From an uncultured Bacteroidales bacterium (GTDB lineage: Bacteria; Bacteroidota; Bacteroidia; Bacteroidales; Bacteroidaceae), in contig CALDET010000059.1 in the NCBI GenBank assembly GCA_937944365.1, forward strand, positions 6,555 through 70,554: 64,000 nucleotides of DNA, in the 5' to 3' direction. The position numbers were made by a program, and so were the translations under genes. Each line of letters starts with the position of its first letter. Within the stretch, counting starts at the first letter, position 1. The notes beneath the pieces were generated by a model. The model did no database searches and was not told where the DNA came from. It worked only from the letters and a program-made list of their open reading frames with translations. This document shows positions 18,831 through 29,496 of the stretch, one piece after another.

Positions 18831-21524
18831 TTATTTCTTAAACAGATTGCGGATTTCATGTACCCACAATACCAAGGATGTGCCCGCTATGATGATGAGC
18901 CAGTCCACCAATTTCAACGGAACGACGTTGAACATTCTTCCACCCAGGCAGACAATTGCCACTTGTCCTATCAGAATGAACAGGACAACCAGTAGAAATT
19001 CGCGGCTGTTCTTGAAATGGAACACCGAATGTCCCGTTTCGAATGCCTTTGCGTTGAACATGTTCCAGAATTGAAGCATGACGAATATCGTGAAGAACAG
19101 GCTTAGTTCATAGGAAGTCAGACCTTCTTCCGGATTAAAGCATCGTGACAGTTCCGAAATATCGGTCAAGGAGGTAATTCCGTATGTTCTGAATATCCAT
19201 AGAAGGCCTAAAAGCAATATGGTGAACAATATAGCTGTGGATAGGATGCCCTTCCACATGGACGGGCTGATGATAAAGGCTTTTCTGTTTCGCGGCTTGT
19301 CTTTCATTACATCTGCAGAGGGAGGCAATGAAGCAAGGGCCATGGCTGCGAAGGTGTCCATAATCAGATTCACCCACAGCATTTGCGTGACGGTTATCGG
19401 CGATTTCTCGCCGGTGAATGCACCGATAAGCACAATGAGGCAGGCAACTACGTTCACCGTCATCTGGAAAAGAATGAAACGTTGGATGTTCTTGTAAAGC
19501 GAACGTCCCCACATCACAGCGCGGTTGATGCTTGTGAAAGAATTGTCGATAATTGTAATGTCGCTGGCTTCCTTTGCAACGGAGGTTCCGTCGCCCATGG
19601 AAAGACCGACATGTGCAGCTTTCAGAGCCGGAGCGTCATTTGTTCCGTCGCCGGTCACGGCTACGACCTGTCCGGTCTCCTGCAAGAGTTCTACAAGTCG
19701 CTTCTTGTCCATGGGCCTTGCACGCGAAATAATCTTTATCTCCGGGATACGCTTACGCAATTCATCATCCGATAATGCTGCAAACTCCGGTCCGGTAATA
19801 ATATTGCGCTCTCCGTCTTCATTTGTCCATAGGCCGATGCGCCTTCCAATCTCTCGCGCTGTGGCTACCGTATCGCCGGTGACGATTTTTACGGATACGC
19901 CTGCATTCAGACACTGACTGACTGCTTCGGGCACGTCGGAACGAACAGGATCGGCTATGGCGACGAATCCCATCAGGCACAAGTCTGTAGCATGTATGCC
20001 ATCTGCCAGAACCGCATTGTCCGCTTCGTCGAGTTCTTGATAGGCAAAGGCCAATGTACGCATGGCCTGGTTCTGATATTCCAGAAGCATACGTTCCACT
20101 TCCTTCCTGTCTGTCTGTCCGTCCAGACGTTTGCACAGTCCCAGCACTATTTCCGGCGCGCCTTTGACGTACAAAGTCTTTTTTCCCGTAATGGCAGAGC
20201 GTACCACAGTGGCCATATATTTTCGTTCCGTTGTGAAAGGCAATACTTCGAGGACGGTTGCGGCAGCTTTCATCTTTTCAAAATCCACATTCCCTGCATG
20301 TAGCCAAAGCAGGAGTGCACCCTCTGTCGGGTTGCCCATCACTTTGGGCTGTCGAGCGTCGGTGAAATCCACCATAGCGGTCGTATTCACGGCTATACCT
20401 TCGGCTATCGTCTGAGCTTTACAGGTGTTGTCGATTTTTTGTTCGGGCAAAGAGAAAAAATGTGACTCGGAGACACGCATTTGGTTTTGGGTCAGCGTAC
20501 CTGTCTTGTCGGTACATATCACTGTGATGGCACCCATTGTTTCGCAAGCGTGCATCTTGCGGACCAGATTGTTGCTTTTCAACATGCGGCGCATACTGTA
20601 AGCCAAACTTAGCGTTACTGCCATAGGAAGTCCCTCGGGCACGGCAACGACAATGAGCGTGACGGCCAACATGAGGGTCTGTAACAGGTAAGAGAGAAGC
20701 GTGGTCCAGTCCCATGCGGAATGGATGAAAAAGAAATGACCGATGCGGCCGATGACAATCAATGCGGCCAAGGTATAGCTTATGAGCGATATCTTTCGCG
20801 CCAGACCTTCAAGTTGTTCGTTCAAGGGCGTTTTTACGCTGTTGTCTATCTGCACTGCGGTGAAAACTTTGCCATTCTCGGTGAGGTCACCTACGGCCTG
20901 GACCTGCATTACGCCGTTTCCCTCCATCACTTTCGTACCTTTCAGTACGTAATCGGAGGGAAATGTCGCATTAGAATCGAAATCCGCCTCGACGGTCGTC
21001 TTCGTGCAAATCGGTTCGCCCGTGAGAGATGACTCGTCCACTTGGAGAGATACGGCTTCAAGCAACTTGCCGTCTGCCGGAATATCGTCGCCCGTTCCCA
21101 GGAATACGATATCGCCTACGACAACGTCCTTACGCGGAATTTCCACGACCGTTCCGTTTCGTGCCACGCGGACGGCTTCCTCATCATTGACTTGATTAAG
21201 AAGTTCAAACTCTTTATCTGCCTTTACCTCAAAATAAAAAGCCAAACCGGTGGCCAGAAGTATAGCCAGAAATATACCTCCGGGCTCAATGAATACTCCT
21301 GCGTCGGTTTCGGCATGGCTTCCGAAATATTCATATAGGGAAATGAGCATGGAAAGCACACCTGCCACCAACAGGATGACGATGAGCGGTTCGCTTAGTT
21401 TATGCAAGAACTTTTTCCATAGTGTTTCCTTATGGGCAGGAGTGAGGATGTTGCGGCCATACTTGTTGATGCTCGCTTGTACTTCCGCGTCTGTCAGTCC
21501 TTTGTAGTGTGTATTCTTTTGCAT
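18831..21524 (-). CDS. Calcium-translocating P-type ATPase (PMCA-type, P2B)
   Basis: ESSLTGE, VPEGLP, DKTGTLT, KGAPE, TGD, VTGDGTNDAPAL, WVNLIMDT. Confidence 0.92.
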   Translation of the reverse strand: MQKNTHYKGLTDAEVQASINKYGRNILTPAHKETLWKKFLHKLSEPLIVILLVAGVLSMLISLYEYFGSHAETDAGVFIEPGGIFLAILLATGLAFYFEVKADKEFELLNQVNDEEAVRVARNGTVVEIPRKDVVVGDIVFLGTGDDIPADGKLLEAVSLQVDESSLTGEPICTKTTVEADFDSNATFPSDYVLKGTKVMEGNGVMQVQAVGDLTENGKVFTAVQIDNSVKTPLNEQLEGLARKISLISYTLAALIVIGRIGHFFFIHSAWDWTTLLSYLLQTLMLAVTLIVVAVPEGLPMAVTLSLAYSMRRMLKSNNLVRKMHACETMGAITVICTDKTGTLTQNQMRVSESHFFSLPEQKIDNTCKAQTIAEGIAVNTTAMVDFTDARQPKVMGNPTEGALLLWLHAGNVDFEKMKAAATVLEVLPFTTERKYMATVVRSAITGKKTLYVKGAPEIVLGLCKRLDGQTDRKEVERMLLEYQNQAMRTLAFAYQELDEADNAVLADGIHATDLCLMGFVAIADPVRSDVPEAVSQCLNAGVSVKIVTGDTVATAREIGRRIGLWTNEDGERNIITGPEFAALSDDELRKRIPEIKIISRARPMDKKRLVELLQETGQVVAVTGDGTNDAPALKAAHVGLSMGDGTSVAKEASDITIIDNSFTSINRAVMWGRSLYKNIQRFILFQMTVNVVACLIVLIGAFTGEKSPITVTQMLWVNLIMDTFAAMALASLPPSADVMKDKPRNRKAFIISPSMWKGILSTAILFTILLLGLLWIFRTYGITSLTDISELSRCFNPEEGLTSYELSLFFTIFVMLQFWNMFNAKAFETGHSVFHFKNSREFLLVVLFILIGQVAIVCLGGRMFNVVPLKLVDWLIIIAGTSLVLWVHEIRNLFKK

Positions 21525-21547
21525 GAGTGGTTTTATACCTTATATAA

Positions 21548-23200
21548 TTATGGTATAAGATACTTATCGCCGGTTTCCCGGATGATAATGTCTTTATATT
21601 GTTCGTTGAATCCCGGGCGCACGGGTCTTTCTCCCAGTCCGTCGGGAGTACGGAGGAACTTTCCGTCCTTTTCCGGCTTAACCGTTTGGTCATTATACTT
21701 CACGATAAGGTATTCCCCTAACGTTTTCCATCGGGATAGCATATCCTGTGCGCAAGAGGTGGAATAATCGGTCAGGAAAGCGATACCTTTGTCTTTGTTT
21801 TCTTCATAAAGAGACAAAGCCCGGGCTTCTACGGCCTGTTGTTCCGACAGATAGTGTTTCTCCAAATCATTGCGGACGGACTCAAGAGCCGGAAACAATT
21901 GCGAATAACGGGGATAAGTCATATTAGCCACCCAGTTGCAGACCCAAAAGGCCGACTCCCATGAAAAAGTTACGGCATCACCCGTTTTACCCGAGTAACA
22001 ATCGGGCACTTTGTCCACGTTGCAGTAAACCGGAGTATAGGCTATCATGTTCGGGTCGTCGTTACCAAACCACAAGACCCCGCCAATGGCATCGGGAAGC
22101 GTGGAGCGCATCTGTGCCACCACGGTGAATCCTGTCTGCTGCGTGGAAATGGGACGTTCATTGAAGTATTTCTTTCCTTTGTGCTCCCATACCAATGGGG
22201 TGGGGCGGTATGGAGCTTCATACATGCCGGCTCCGGCATCCTTGGTGATATCGAACGGAGTTCCCTCATAGTGGTCGCGGTTGCTCATCATGACATCATG
22301 CAGAGACAACTTGCACTTCGGGCGGAAGTAGAGCGGCATAGGCTCTGCCTTTCCGATGTGCTTGCCGTCCACTGCGGGGAGATACTTATCCATTCCTTCC
22401 ACCCACTTGTTATAGAAACTCCAGACACGGGTTTCGCAAAAGCGGATAGCAGAGAAATCTGCGGGTGCGTATGCGTCTGCAAATGAGAAATCGGAATCCT
22501 TGCCTGAGAAATAACCTTTTTTGCGGGCAAACGAAATGACATCTCGTGAATAAAGAACATTCTTCTTGTCCTTCATGTCGAAACGATGAATGCGGCTTTG
22601 GTTGGCATGTGCCGCGATGCAGTCGTCAGGTATGCGGACGGCCACCCAGACCGCACCTTTTTCGGAACTGCCCTTGCCAATCATTTCAAGAATCCATATC
22701 TCATTCGGGTCGGCAATCGAGAAACTCTCGCCTTCGCTGGCATATCCGTATTCATTGACCAAGGTCGTCATCACCTTGATAGCCTCACGCGCCGTCTTCG
22801 AACGCTGCAGGGCAATGGCCATCAGGCTGACGTAATCGATTACGCCCGTTGTGTCGGCCAGTTCGGGCCGGCCACCGAAGGTTGTCTCGGTGATAGCCAC
22901 CTGAAATTCGTTGATATTTCCTACGACCGTATAAGTACGTTCTGCTTCCGGTATCTCTCCGAGATAATGGTTCGTGTCGCCGTCTACGATGCGGCGCATG
23001 GTTCCTTTAGGATGCACGCCTGCGGGATAATAGAGCAGTCGTCCGTACATACCGTAGTCATCTGCGTTGTACGTGATGAAGGCAGAGCCGTCAGTCGAAG
23101 CGTTTTTGCCGACAAGAAAACTGGTGCAGGCCTTTGAATCAAAGGATTTCACGCACATAAGCAGCACCAAAAGGCCATATCCGAATATTATTTTCTTCAT
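21548..23200 (-). CDS. C69 family dipeptidase
   Basis: Signal peptide followed by ACTSFLVGK (N-terminal Cys nucleophile), INEFQVAI.ETT, AHANQSRI; ATG at 23200. Confidence 0.87.
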   Translation of the reverse strand: MKKIIFGYGLLVLLMCVKSFDSKACTSFLVGKNASTDGSAFITYNADDYGMYGRLLYYPAGVHPKGTMRRIVDGDTNHYLGEIPEAERTYTVVGNINEFQVAITETTFGGRPELADTTGVIDYVSLMAIALQRSKTAREAIKVMTTLVNEYGYASEGESFSIADPNEIWILEMIGKGSSEKGAVWVAVRIPDDCIAAHANQSRIHRFDMKDKKNVLYSRDVISFARKKGYFSGKDSDFSFADAYAPADFSAIRFCETRVWSFYNKWVEGMDKYLPAVDGKHIGKAEPMPLYFRPKCKLSLHDVMMSNRDHYEGTPFDITKDAGAGMYEAPYRPTPLVWEHKGKKYFNERPISTQQTGFTVVAQMRSTLPDAIGGVLWFGNDDPNMIAYTPVYCNVDKVPDCYSGKTGDAVTFSWESAFWVCNWVANMTYPRYSQLFPALESVRNDLEKHYLSEQQAVEARALSLYEENKDKGIAFLTDYSTSCAQDMLSRWKTLGEYLIVKYNDQTVKPEKDGKFLRTPDGLGERPVRPGFNEQYKDIIIRETGDKYLIP

Positions 23201-23201
23201 T

Positions 23202-24050
23202 TCAGCACGCTTTGAATGATAAGTCAAGTCCCTTGACCGAGTGTGTCAGGGCACCGACGGATATAAAGTCCACTCCGCATTCCGCATAATCGCGTAAAGT
23301 TTCTTTTGTTATGCCGCCGCTGGACTCTGTTTCGAACTTACCGCCAATCATCTCCACAGCCTTGCGGGTGTCCTCCACGGAGAAGTTGTCCAACATGATG
23401 CGGTCCGCACCACCATGTGCCATGACCTGCCGGATTTCGTCGAAAGAGCGTACCTCTATCTCCACTTTGAGGTGCATGCCCTTTTCTTTCTGGTAAGCGG
23501 CACAGCGGTCAAGCGCTGCGGCAATCCCGCCCGCAAAGTCCACATGGTTGTCTTTCAGCAGAATCATGTCGAAAAGTCCGATGCGGTGGTTTACGCCGCC
23601 ACCTATCTTTACGGCCTCTTTTTCCAACATACGCATACCCGGAGTGGTCTTTCTCGTATCCAACACACGGGTATTCGTTCCTTCAAGACGTTTTACGTAT
23701 TCCGCCGTCATTGTCGCTATGCCGCTCATGCGTTGCATCACGTTGAGCATCAGTCTCTCTGTTTGCAGCAGGCTGCGCACCTTTCCCGTTACCACCATCG
23801 CGATGTCACCCGGTTTTACGTGTGCGCCGTCTTCAATGAACACTTCGACCTGCATCGTCGGGTCGAAGCGGCGGAAGATTTCTTTGGCAATCCGTATGCC
23901 GGCCAATACGCCTTCTTCTTTTACCAATAGTTTGGATTTGCCCATAGCGTCTTCCGGAATACAGCAGAGCGTGGTATGGTCGCCGTCGCCAATATCTTCG
24001 GAAAAGGCGAGGGCGATTAATTGTTCGTTAAGTTCATCAACCGTGTACAT
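23202..24050 (-). CDS. nadC: Nicotinate-nucleotide diphosphorylase (quinolinate phosphoribosyltransferase)
   Basis: EDIGDGDHT, ER..LN..QRMSGIAT, DTRKTTPG, HRIGL.D..LLKDNH, IMLDN, SVGALTHS. Confidence 0.96.
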   Translation of the reverse strand: MYTVDELNEQLIALAFSEDIGDGDHTTLCCIPEDAMGKSKLLVKEEGVLAGIRIAKEIFRRFDPTMQVEVFIEDGAHVKPGDIAMVVTGKVRSLLQTERLMLNVMQRMSGIATMTAEYVKRLEGTNTRVLDTRKTTPGMRMLEKEAVKIGGGVNHRIGLFDMILLKDNHVDFAGGIAAALDRCAAYQKEKGMHLKVEIEVRSFDEIRQVMAHGGADRIMLDNFSVEDTRKAVEMIGGKFETESSGGITKETLRDYAECGVDFISVGALTHSVKGLDLSFKAC

Positions 24051-24083
24051 ATATCTTTGTTTTTATTTTGTTCAGGATACAAA

Positions 24084-25097
24084 TTAATAGACCAGTCTCA
24101 CATTGTCCACCCAGAAGGTATTGCCCACACTACCGACATAAGCGCCGCCGTGGCTGGAATCGAATTGCAGCATAATGTGCGTGGGGGTGTCGGATGCACT
24201 TCCCCATTCCTCTTTGATGGGTACCATTTTGCCTTTGCTGTTCTTGGCATATCTCACCGCGTCTCCCGTGGTCAGGCCCATATAGGGCTTGTAAAAGGAT
24301 TGGTGGGTTATGTTGCCGTAATGGATTGTGAATCTTGCATTATCCACCCACCCGTTAGTATTCTTGTTGAAGCGGTATACGCAGGTGCCTATGCGTTTGG
24401 CATGAATGTTTCCCTTAGCGTCTTCCCAGCGTTTCTGCAGGAAAAGGACCACGTCGGGCATGTCCATTCCGCTAACCTTGGACACCTTGCTGAATCCCGT
24501 CTGCCGCACCCGGTCAGGCTGTCCGGACAATTTCACGCGATAATCGAACATCAGCGCTTTCGGCTTTTTCGTGAATCTGACACCGGCATCCAGTTTGCTC
24601 ATGGGGTTCGAAGTTCCGGTTATCGGTTCCTTCATCTTGCCGAGAAAGATGGAGCCTGCGGCAAGTACCTTGATGTTCACCATGCCCAGCACCTTGCAGG
24701 TCTCGATGTGCGTTGTGAGTTTTGCGCAATACCCGTGTCCCGGGCGGGCCTCCTTATATACGGAAGTGTTCGTCTTGGTTATTCCGGAGACTTTGGCCAG
24801 TACGTTCGACGTAGCCCATGGCGAGCCGCCCGCGCCGTTGTACGGATTGTTGTTGTTCCATGTCGCAGTCGGGGCTATTTCGTACAATGTCTTGGTCTTG
24901 CCGCCGATAATGCCGCTTTCCTTGATGTTACGCGTTATCCATTGGTCGAACTTTCCGAAATTGAAGTATTCGATTTTTTCGTCTGCTCCGTTTTCGGTCA
25001 GGTTTTGTTGCTGTTCGTCACTCTTCGGTGCAGTTGTGGCGCTCATGGCACCACAGCAGAACAGAATCAGCGCACTTGTAGTAATTCTTTTATACAT
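24084..25097 (-). CDS. PCMD (putative carbohydrate metabolism domain) protein
   Basis: Signal peptide from ATG 25097; PWATSN, LAAGSIFLG, PTH....SS.GG...G..G.TFWVDN. Confidence 0.78.
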   Translation of the reverse strand: MYKRITTSALILFCCGAMSATTAPKSDEQQQNLTENGADEKIEYFNFGKFDQWITRNIKESGIIGGKTKTLYEIAPTATWNNNNPYNGAGGSPWATSNVLAKVSGITKTNTSVYKEARPGHGYCAKLTTHIETCKVLGMVNIKVLAAGSIFLGKMKEPITGTSNPMSKLDAGVRFTKKPKALMFDYRVKLSGQPDRVRQTGFSKVSKVSGMDMPDVVLFLQKRWEDAKGNIHAKRIGTCVYRFNKNTNGWVDNARFTIHYGNITHQSFYKPYMGLTTGDAVRYAKNSKGKMVPIKEEWGSASDTPTHIMLQFDSSHGGAYVGSVGNTFWVDNVRLVY

Positions 25098-25120
25098 ATT
25101 GGTTTGAATAGTTGTCATTT

Positions 25121-26356
25121 TCAGAAAGCCTCGTTGATATTGAACATGAATCCCGCTCCGTTTCTCGTAAAGCCGCAATCCACTCTCACGTTCACACGCG
25201 GCTTGAATTCCCATCTGTAGCCTATGCCTGCGTTGGGAAGTGCTTTTTCCCACCTTATGGCATCGAACCTGGGGAAGACTTCTCCCATGCCGGCCCAGAC
25301 GGCAATGCCGTTGCGCTTCCATAGGTGCTGACGCAATTCCACCTGCATCTCCATGATGTTCTTGTCGCGGTAACGTCCTTCAAAGTATCCCCGCAGGCGG
25401 CTGTTCGAACCGGCCTCGCTCATCATGCACCATGCCGGATTGCCATAATTGAAGCGGGAATGCCATTCGCCGGCCAGCACACCGCCGCTCCACACCTTGC
25501 GGTAGGTACAGATGTTCAGGTCTGTGGTGGAAAAACAATAGTCATTCCCCATGAAACGCGGGGTGAATGTCTGGTCCAGTTGTATGAACCAACCGCGATA
25601 GGCGTTCAGCATGAAGTCGCGGGTGTCATACGCTATCGAGAAGCCCGCGGTCTGTGCGTGCAGTGTCAGGGCCTGGCCGGCAAAGAGCGGTATGCCTTCT
25701 TCTTCCACCTCGCGGGCCTGCACGAACTGGTAGTTTATCATCGGACCCAAATAGAGCTTGGGGGCTATGCGGAACATGAAGCGGGCCATTCCGTCAAAGC
25801 GAATCCGGCGATAGTCCGTCTCGTTGGCATCCACATTACCGTTCTCGAAGCCGATACCCCAGTAGTTTGTCGGGAATGTATATATATAGAACCTGTAATC
25901 AAGCCTGTATTTGTCCTTGGGAAACACATTGTTGCCCTTTACGCCCAATAACAGGAAACCTTTGGTGGTCATATCGGCGTATATGGAAACGTTGGATTTT
26001 GGCAGAAGCGGGTCGGAGCGGTCCATGGAATATAGACCGGTACCCACGACACCCAGTCCGAGGCCGGCCGTAGAGGAGTAATGAGGGCCGGGCAGCACTC
26101 CGAAGTCAAAGGGCTTGTTGTTGTCCGGATTGTTCGACTGACGGAAATAATCGATAATCCTTCCGGACCATGTACGATGCTGTTTGAGGGTGTCCGACGG
26201 GATTTCGATGCTGTCGGGGACTTCTTGGGGCCGGATTTCTTCCCGGCTGTTTTCCGGCAGACGGCCGTCCGCATAAGGCAAGGACGGCGTTGCAAATCCT
26301 TGTAAGGCGAAGAACAATGCTCCGTATAATATTATATATGTGTGTAGCCTGTGCAT
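25121..26356 (-). CDS. BamA/TamA (Omp85) family outer membrane protein without POTRA domains
   Basis: GPHYS..GLG, RLRGYFEGRYRD, GIGYRWE, C-terminal FNINEAF. Confidence 0.8.
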   Translation of the reverse strand: MHRLHTYIILYGALFFALQGFATPSLPYADGRLPENSREEIRPQEVPDSIEIPSDTLKQHRTWSGRIIDYFRQSNNPDNNKPFDFGVLPGPHYSSTAGLGLGVVGTGLYSMDRSDPLLPKSNVSIYADMTTKGFLLLGVKGNNVFPKDKYRLDYRFYIYTFPTNYWGIGFENGNVDANETDYRRIRFDGMARFMFRIAPKLYLGPMINYQFVQAREVEEEGIPLFAGQALTLHAQTAGFSIAYDTRDFMLNAYRGWFIQLDQTFTPRFMGNDYCFSTTDLNICTYRKVWSGGVLAGEWHSRFNYGNPAWCMMSEAGSNSRLRGYFEGRYRDKNIMEMQVELRQHLWKRNGIAVWAGMGEVFPRFDAIRWEKALPNAGIGYRWEFKPRVNVRVDCGFTRNGAGFMFNINEAF

Positions 26357-26568
26357 TCCAATCTGCAAATTTAGTGCAACAATCGGGAAACGCAAAGCAA
26401 TTTCAGAAGTTTTCACCTTTCCGCAAAAGAGTAGGGGGACTTGCAGCCGCCCTTTATCGTCGAAAGCATAAAAAAGCCGGACATATTAACCTCTTTTAGA
26501 AAGATAAATTGTAATTTCGCAGTTGAAAATGTCCATCTACCGGAATAAACAATCAATATAATACATAT

Positions 26569-28335
26569 ATGTATAGGAACAAGACTTGCGGTGAACTCCG
26601 CATCACGAACAAAGGCGAAGAAGTGACGTTGGCCGGATGGGTACAGCGTAGCCGAAAAATGGGAGGTATGACATTCATCGACCTCCGCGACCGTTATGGC
26701 ATCACTCAATTGGTTTTCAACGAAGAGACTGACGCCGATTTGTGTGCGCAAGCCAATAAACTGGGACGTGAGTTCGTGATTCAGGTCAAGGGAACGGTTA
26801 GCGAACGCTATTCCAAGAACGACAAGATGCCGACCGGCGACATCGAAATCATTGTCTCGTCGCTCAGTGTGCTTAATGCCAGCGACACTCCTCCCTTTAC
26901 CATCGAAGAGAATACCGACGGCGGCGATGACCTGCGTATGAAATACAGATATCTGGACCTTCGCCGTTCCAATGTCCGCGCAAACCTTGAACTCAGGCAC
27001 AAGTTCTGCCTGGCGGTGCGGCATTTCCTTGACTCGAAAGGATTTATCGAGGTGGAGACCCCTGTTCTCGTGGGAAGCACGCCTGAAGGCGCGCGCGACT
27101 TTATCGTGCCCTCGCGGATGAATCCCGGACAATTCTATGCTTTGCCCCAAAGTCCGCAGACGCTGAAGCAATTGCTTATGGTGGCGGGCATGGACCGCTA
27201 TTTCCAGATTGTGAAATGCTTCCGCGACGAGGATTTGCGTGCGGACCGTCAGCCCGAGTTCACACAGATTGACTGCGAGATGTCGTTTGTGGAACAGGAT
27301 GATATTATTTCGCTGTTCGAAGAGATGACCAAGCACCTGTTCAAGGAAGTGCGTGGCTACGATTTGGGCGAAACGCCTTTCCTGCGACTGCCGTGGAGCG
27401 AGGCCATGCGCCGCTTCGGCTCGGACAAGCCCGATATGCGTTTCGGCATGGAGTTTGTCGAACTGATGGAAGTGCTGAAAGGTACGGGAGAGTTCGGTGT
27501 GTTCAATGAGGCTGCCTATATTGGCGGTATCTGTGCCAAAGGCTGTGCCTCCTACACCCGCAAGCAGCTGGACGAACTGACCAATTTCGTGAAGAGTCCG
27601 CAGATTGGTGCAAAGGGATTGGTCTATGCGCGTGTCGGAGAAGACGGTTCGGTCAAGAGTTCCGTCGATAAATTCTATACGCCCGAAGTATTGGAGAAAC
27701 TGAAAGCCGCAATGGACGCCGCCCCCGGCGACCTTATACTCATCATCTCCGGCCCCGACGCCATGAAGGCGCGCAAGCAACTGTGCGAGCTGCGTCTGGA
27801 AATGGGTAGCCGCCTGGGACTGCGCGACAAGAACAAGTTTGCCTTGCTTTGGGTCGTGGACTTCCCGATGTTCGAATGGAGCGAGGAGGAAGGACGCCTT
27901 ATGGCCATGCACCATCCCTTTACAGCCCCGAAGCCCGAAGACATACCTTTGCTCGACACCGACCCCGCCGCGGTTTGCGCCAATGCCTATGACATGGTCT
28001 GCAATGGTGTTGAAGTGGGCGGAGGCAGCATCCGTATACACGATGCCGAATTACAGGCCAAGATATTCAAGACCCTCGGTTTCACCCCCGAGCGTGCGCA
28101 GGAACAATTCGGCTTCCTGATGAACGCGTTCAAGTACGGAGCGCCTCCTCACGGCGGTCTGGCCTACGGTCTCGACCGTTGGGTAAGTTTGTTCGCAGGT
28201 CTCGACAGTATTCGCGACTGCATCGCTTTCCCGAAGAACAACAGCGGTCGTGACGTTATGCTGGATGCGCCGTCGGTGGTGGACAAATCCCAGCTTGACG
28301 AACTGCATCTGGACATACTTCCCTTGGATAAATAA
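26569..28335 (+). CDS. aspS: Aspartate--tRNA ligase
   Basis: [54 protein letters not shown]. Confidence 0.97.
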   Translation: MYRNKTCGELRITNKGEEVTLAGWVQRSRKMGGMTFIDLRDRYGITQLVFNEETDADLCAQANKLGREFVIQVKGTVSERYSKNDKMPTGDIEIIVSSLSVLNASDTPPFTIEENTDGGDDLRMKYRYLDLRRSNVRANLELRHKFCLAVRHFLDSKGFIEVETPVLVGSTPEGARDFIVPSRMNPGQFYALPQSPQTLKQLLMVAGMDRYFQIVKCFRDEDLRADRQPEFTQIDCEMSFVEQDDIISLFEEMTKHLFKEVRGYDLGETPFLRLPWSEAMRRFGSDKPDMRFGMEFVELMEVLKGTGEFGVFNEAAYIGGICAKGCASYTRKQLDELTNFVKSPQIGAKGLVYARVGEDGSVKSSVDKFYTPEVLEKLKAAMDAAPGDLILIISGPDAMKARKQLCELRLEMGSRLGLRDKNKFALLWVVDFPMFEWSEEEGRLMAMHHPFTAPKPEDIPLLDTDPAAVCANAYDMVCNGVEVGGGSIRIHDAELQAKIFKTLGFTPERAQEQFGFLMNAFKYGAPPHGGLAYGLDRWVSLFAGLDSIRDCIAFPKNNSGRDVMLDAPSVVDKSQLDELHLDILPLDK

Positions 28336-28372
28336 GTCGGAAACGTCTCGGAACGGTTTCCGGAAAGCATAT

Positions 28373-28426
28373 TACCGGACGGACGGGTGTTATAAGAAAA
28401 AGCAACCTGTCCGTCCGGTAGCTTTT
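28373..28426 (+). terminator. Probable aspS terminator
   Basis: TACCGGACGGACGGG / CCTGTCCGTCCGGTA stem followed by GCTTTT. Confidence 0.55.
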
Positions 28427-28541
28427 TCGGAGGTCCGGAGATTCCGCCATGTCTCATGCGCGATGTGTCTTTTGTGGAAAAAATGAATAGGATAGGGGCG
28501 GCTTGTCCGGATGTGATGGCCGGGATTTTATGCCCTTTGGG

Positions 28542-28794
28542 ATTTTAACACAATTTGCTTTCGGGCGAAAAATGTATTATCTTTGTATAGCGGAAGTGCA
28601 AAGGACGGCTTGAGCCGCCTTTTTTTCGTGGGATAAGGCCTGTTTTCGGCAAAAAATATTCCTATGTCGGGATTTTGCGGATGGCTTGTAGTCGTTCCTA
28701 CATGCCATGTAGTTTTTCCGGTCCCTATATGTAGGGAAAATTACAAGCCATGTACGTGCCGCCGAAAGTGTAGAAAAGTTAAAAATGTTAATGT
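28542..28794 (+). repeat. Dispersed ~253-bp intergenic element, copy 2
   Basis: TTTG 28554-28557, TATCTTTG 28578-28585, hairpin 28601-28621 plus T-tract, TGTAG/TGTAC ends at 28691/28712/28734/28755, box 28775-28794. Confidence 0.92.
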
Positions 28795-28803
28795 CCGTCG
28801 GAC

Positions 28804-28836
28804 AAAAAACGGCGGGACCTCATGAAGTCCCGCCGT
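28804..28836 (-). terminator. Rho-independent terminator of the ferritin gene
   Basis: ACGGCGGGAC / GTCCCGCCGT perfect stem with A-run at 28804-28809 (U-tract on the minus strand). Confidence 0.8.
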
Positions 28837-28859
28837 AGAGTCGTGTGCGAATGCCGGAT

Positions 28860-29342
28860 TTACTGGCGTGCGCCGTATTGCTGGTCAAGATTGAATATGG
28901 CTGTGTCGCCCATCTTCTTGATGCGGTCCACGATGCCGCTGGCCGTCGATTCTTCCTCAACCTGTTCGCGTACGAAGCCCCAGAGGAAGTCCTGAGTGGC
29001 CTTGTCTCCCTCGGCGGCAGCGATGTCCACGAGGCTGTCAATCATGCGGGAAACCTTGCATTCATGTGCATAGACGTTTTCGAAAGCGTCGAGCGGGCTT
29101 TCCCACTCCTGGGGGACGGCGTCTATCTGACCTACCTTGGCCGTTCCTCCGCGCTTGATGACATATTCCGCCATGGTATATGCGTGTTCCATCTCCTCAA
29201 GGCTTTGTTTCTTCATCCAGTGGGAGAAACCACTGAAACCTTCCTTGTCGAAATAGAATGCCATGGACAGATAGAGGTTGGCCGACCAAATTTCTGCAAC
29301 GATTTGTCCGTTGATTGCTTCTTGGAGTTTTTCTGAAATCAT
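28860..29342 (-). CDS. ftnA: Non-heme ferritin
   Basis: AINGQIVAE.WSANLYLSM, EEMEHA, HE..VS, D.AT..FL..FVREQVEEE ferroxidase residues. Confidence 0.9.
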   Translation of the reverse strand: MISEKLQEAINGQIVAEIWSANLYLSMAFYFDKEGFSGFSHWMKKQSLEEMEHAYTMAEYVIKRGGTAKVGQIDAVPQEWESPLDAFENVYAHECKVSRMIDSLVDIAAAEGDKATQDFLWGFVREQVEEESTASGIVDRIKKMGDTAIFNLDQQYGARQ

Positions 29343-29496
29343 GATGCTTTATAATTTGATTAATGATGTTGAACTTGTCTTCTGACATCTGCAAAGGTAA
29401 GGAAAACCGCTGTTACGGTATCTGTGCCAAGCATTAAACTTTATAAAAGTGCATGAATAAGTTTTTCGGTCGGCCGGTGTCTCTTTTCCGGCGGCG

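Noticed and set aside
26413..28041. 542-aa ORF on the minus strand
   Set aside because: Antisense shadow of aspS with no recognisable motifs
28542..28794. Element considered as a classical IS or as a riboswitch/leader
   Set aside because: No transposase or target-site duplication seen, and this copy sits between two convergent terminated genes with no downstream sense ORF; a non-autonomous origin is not excluded
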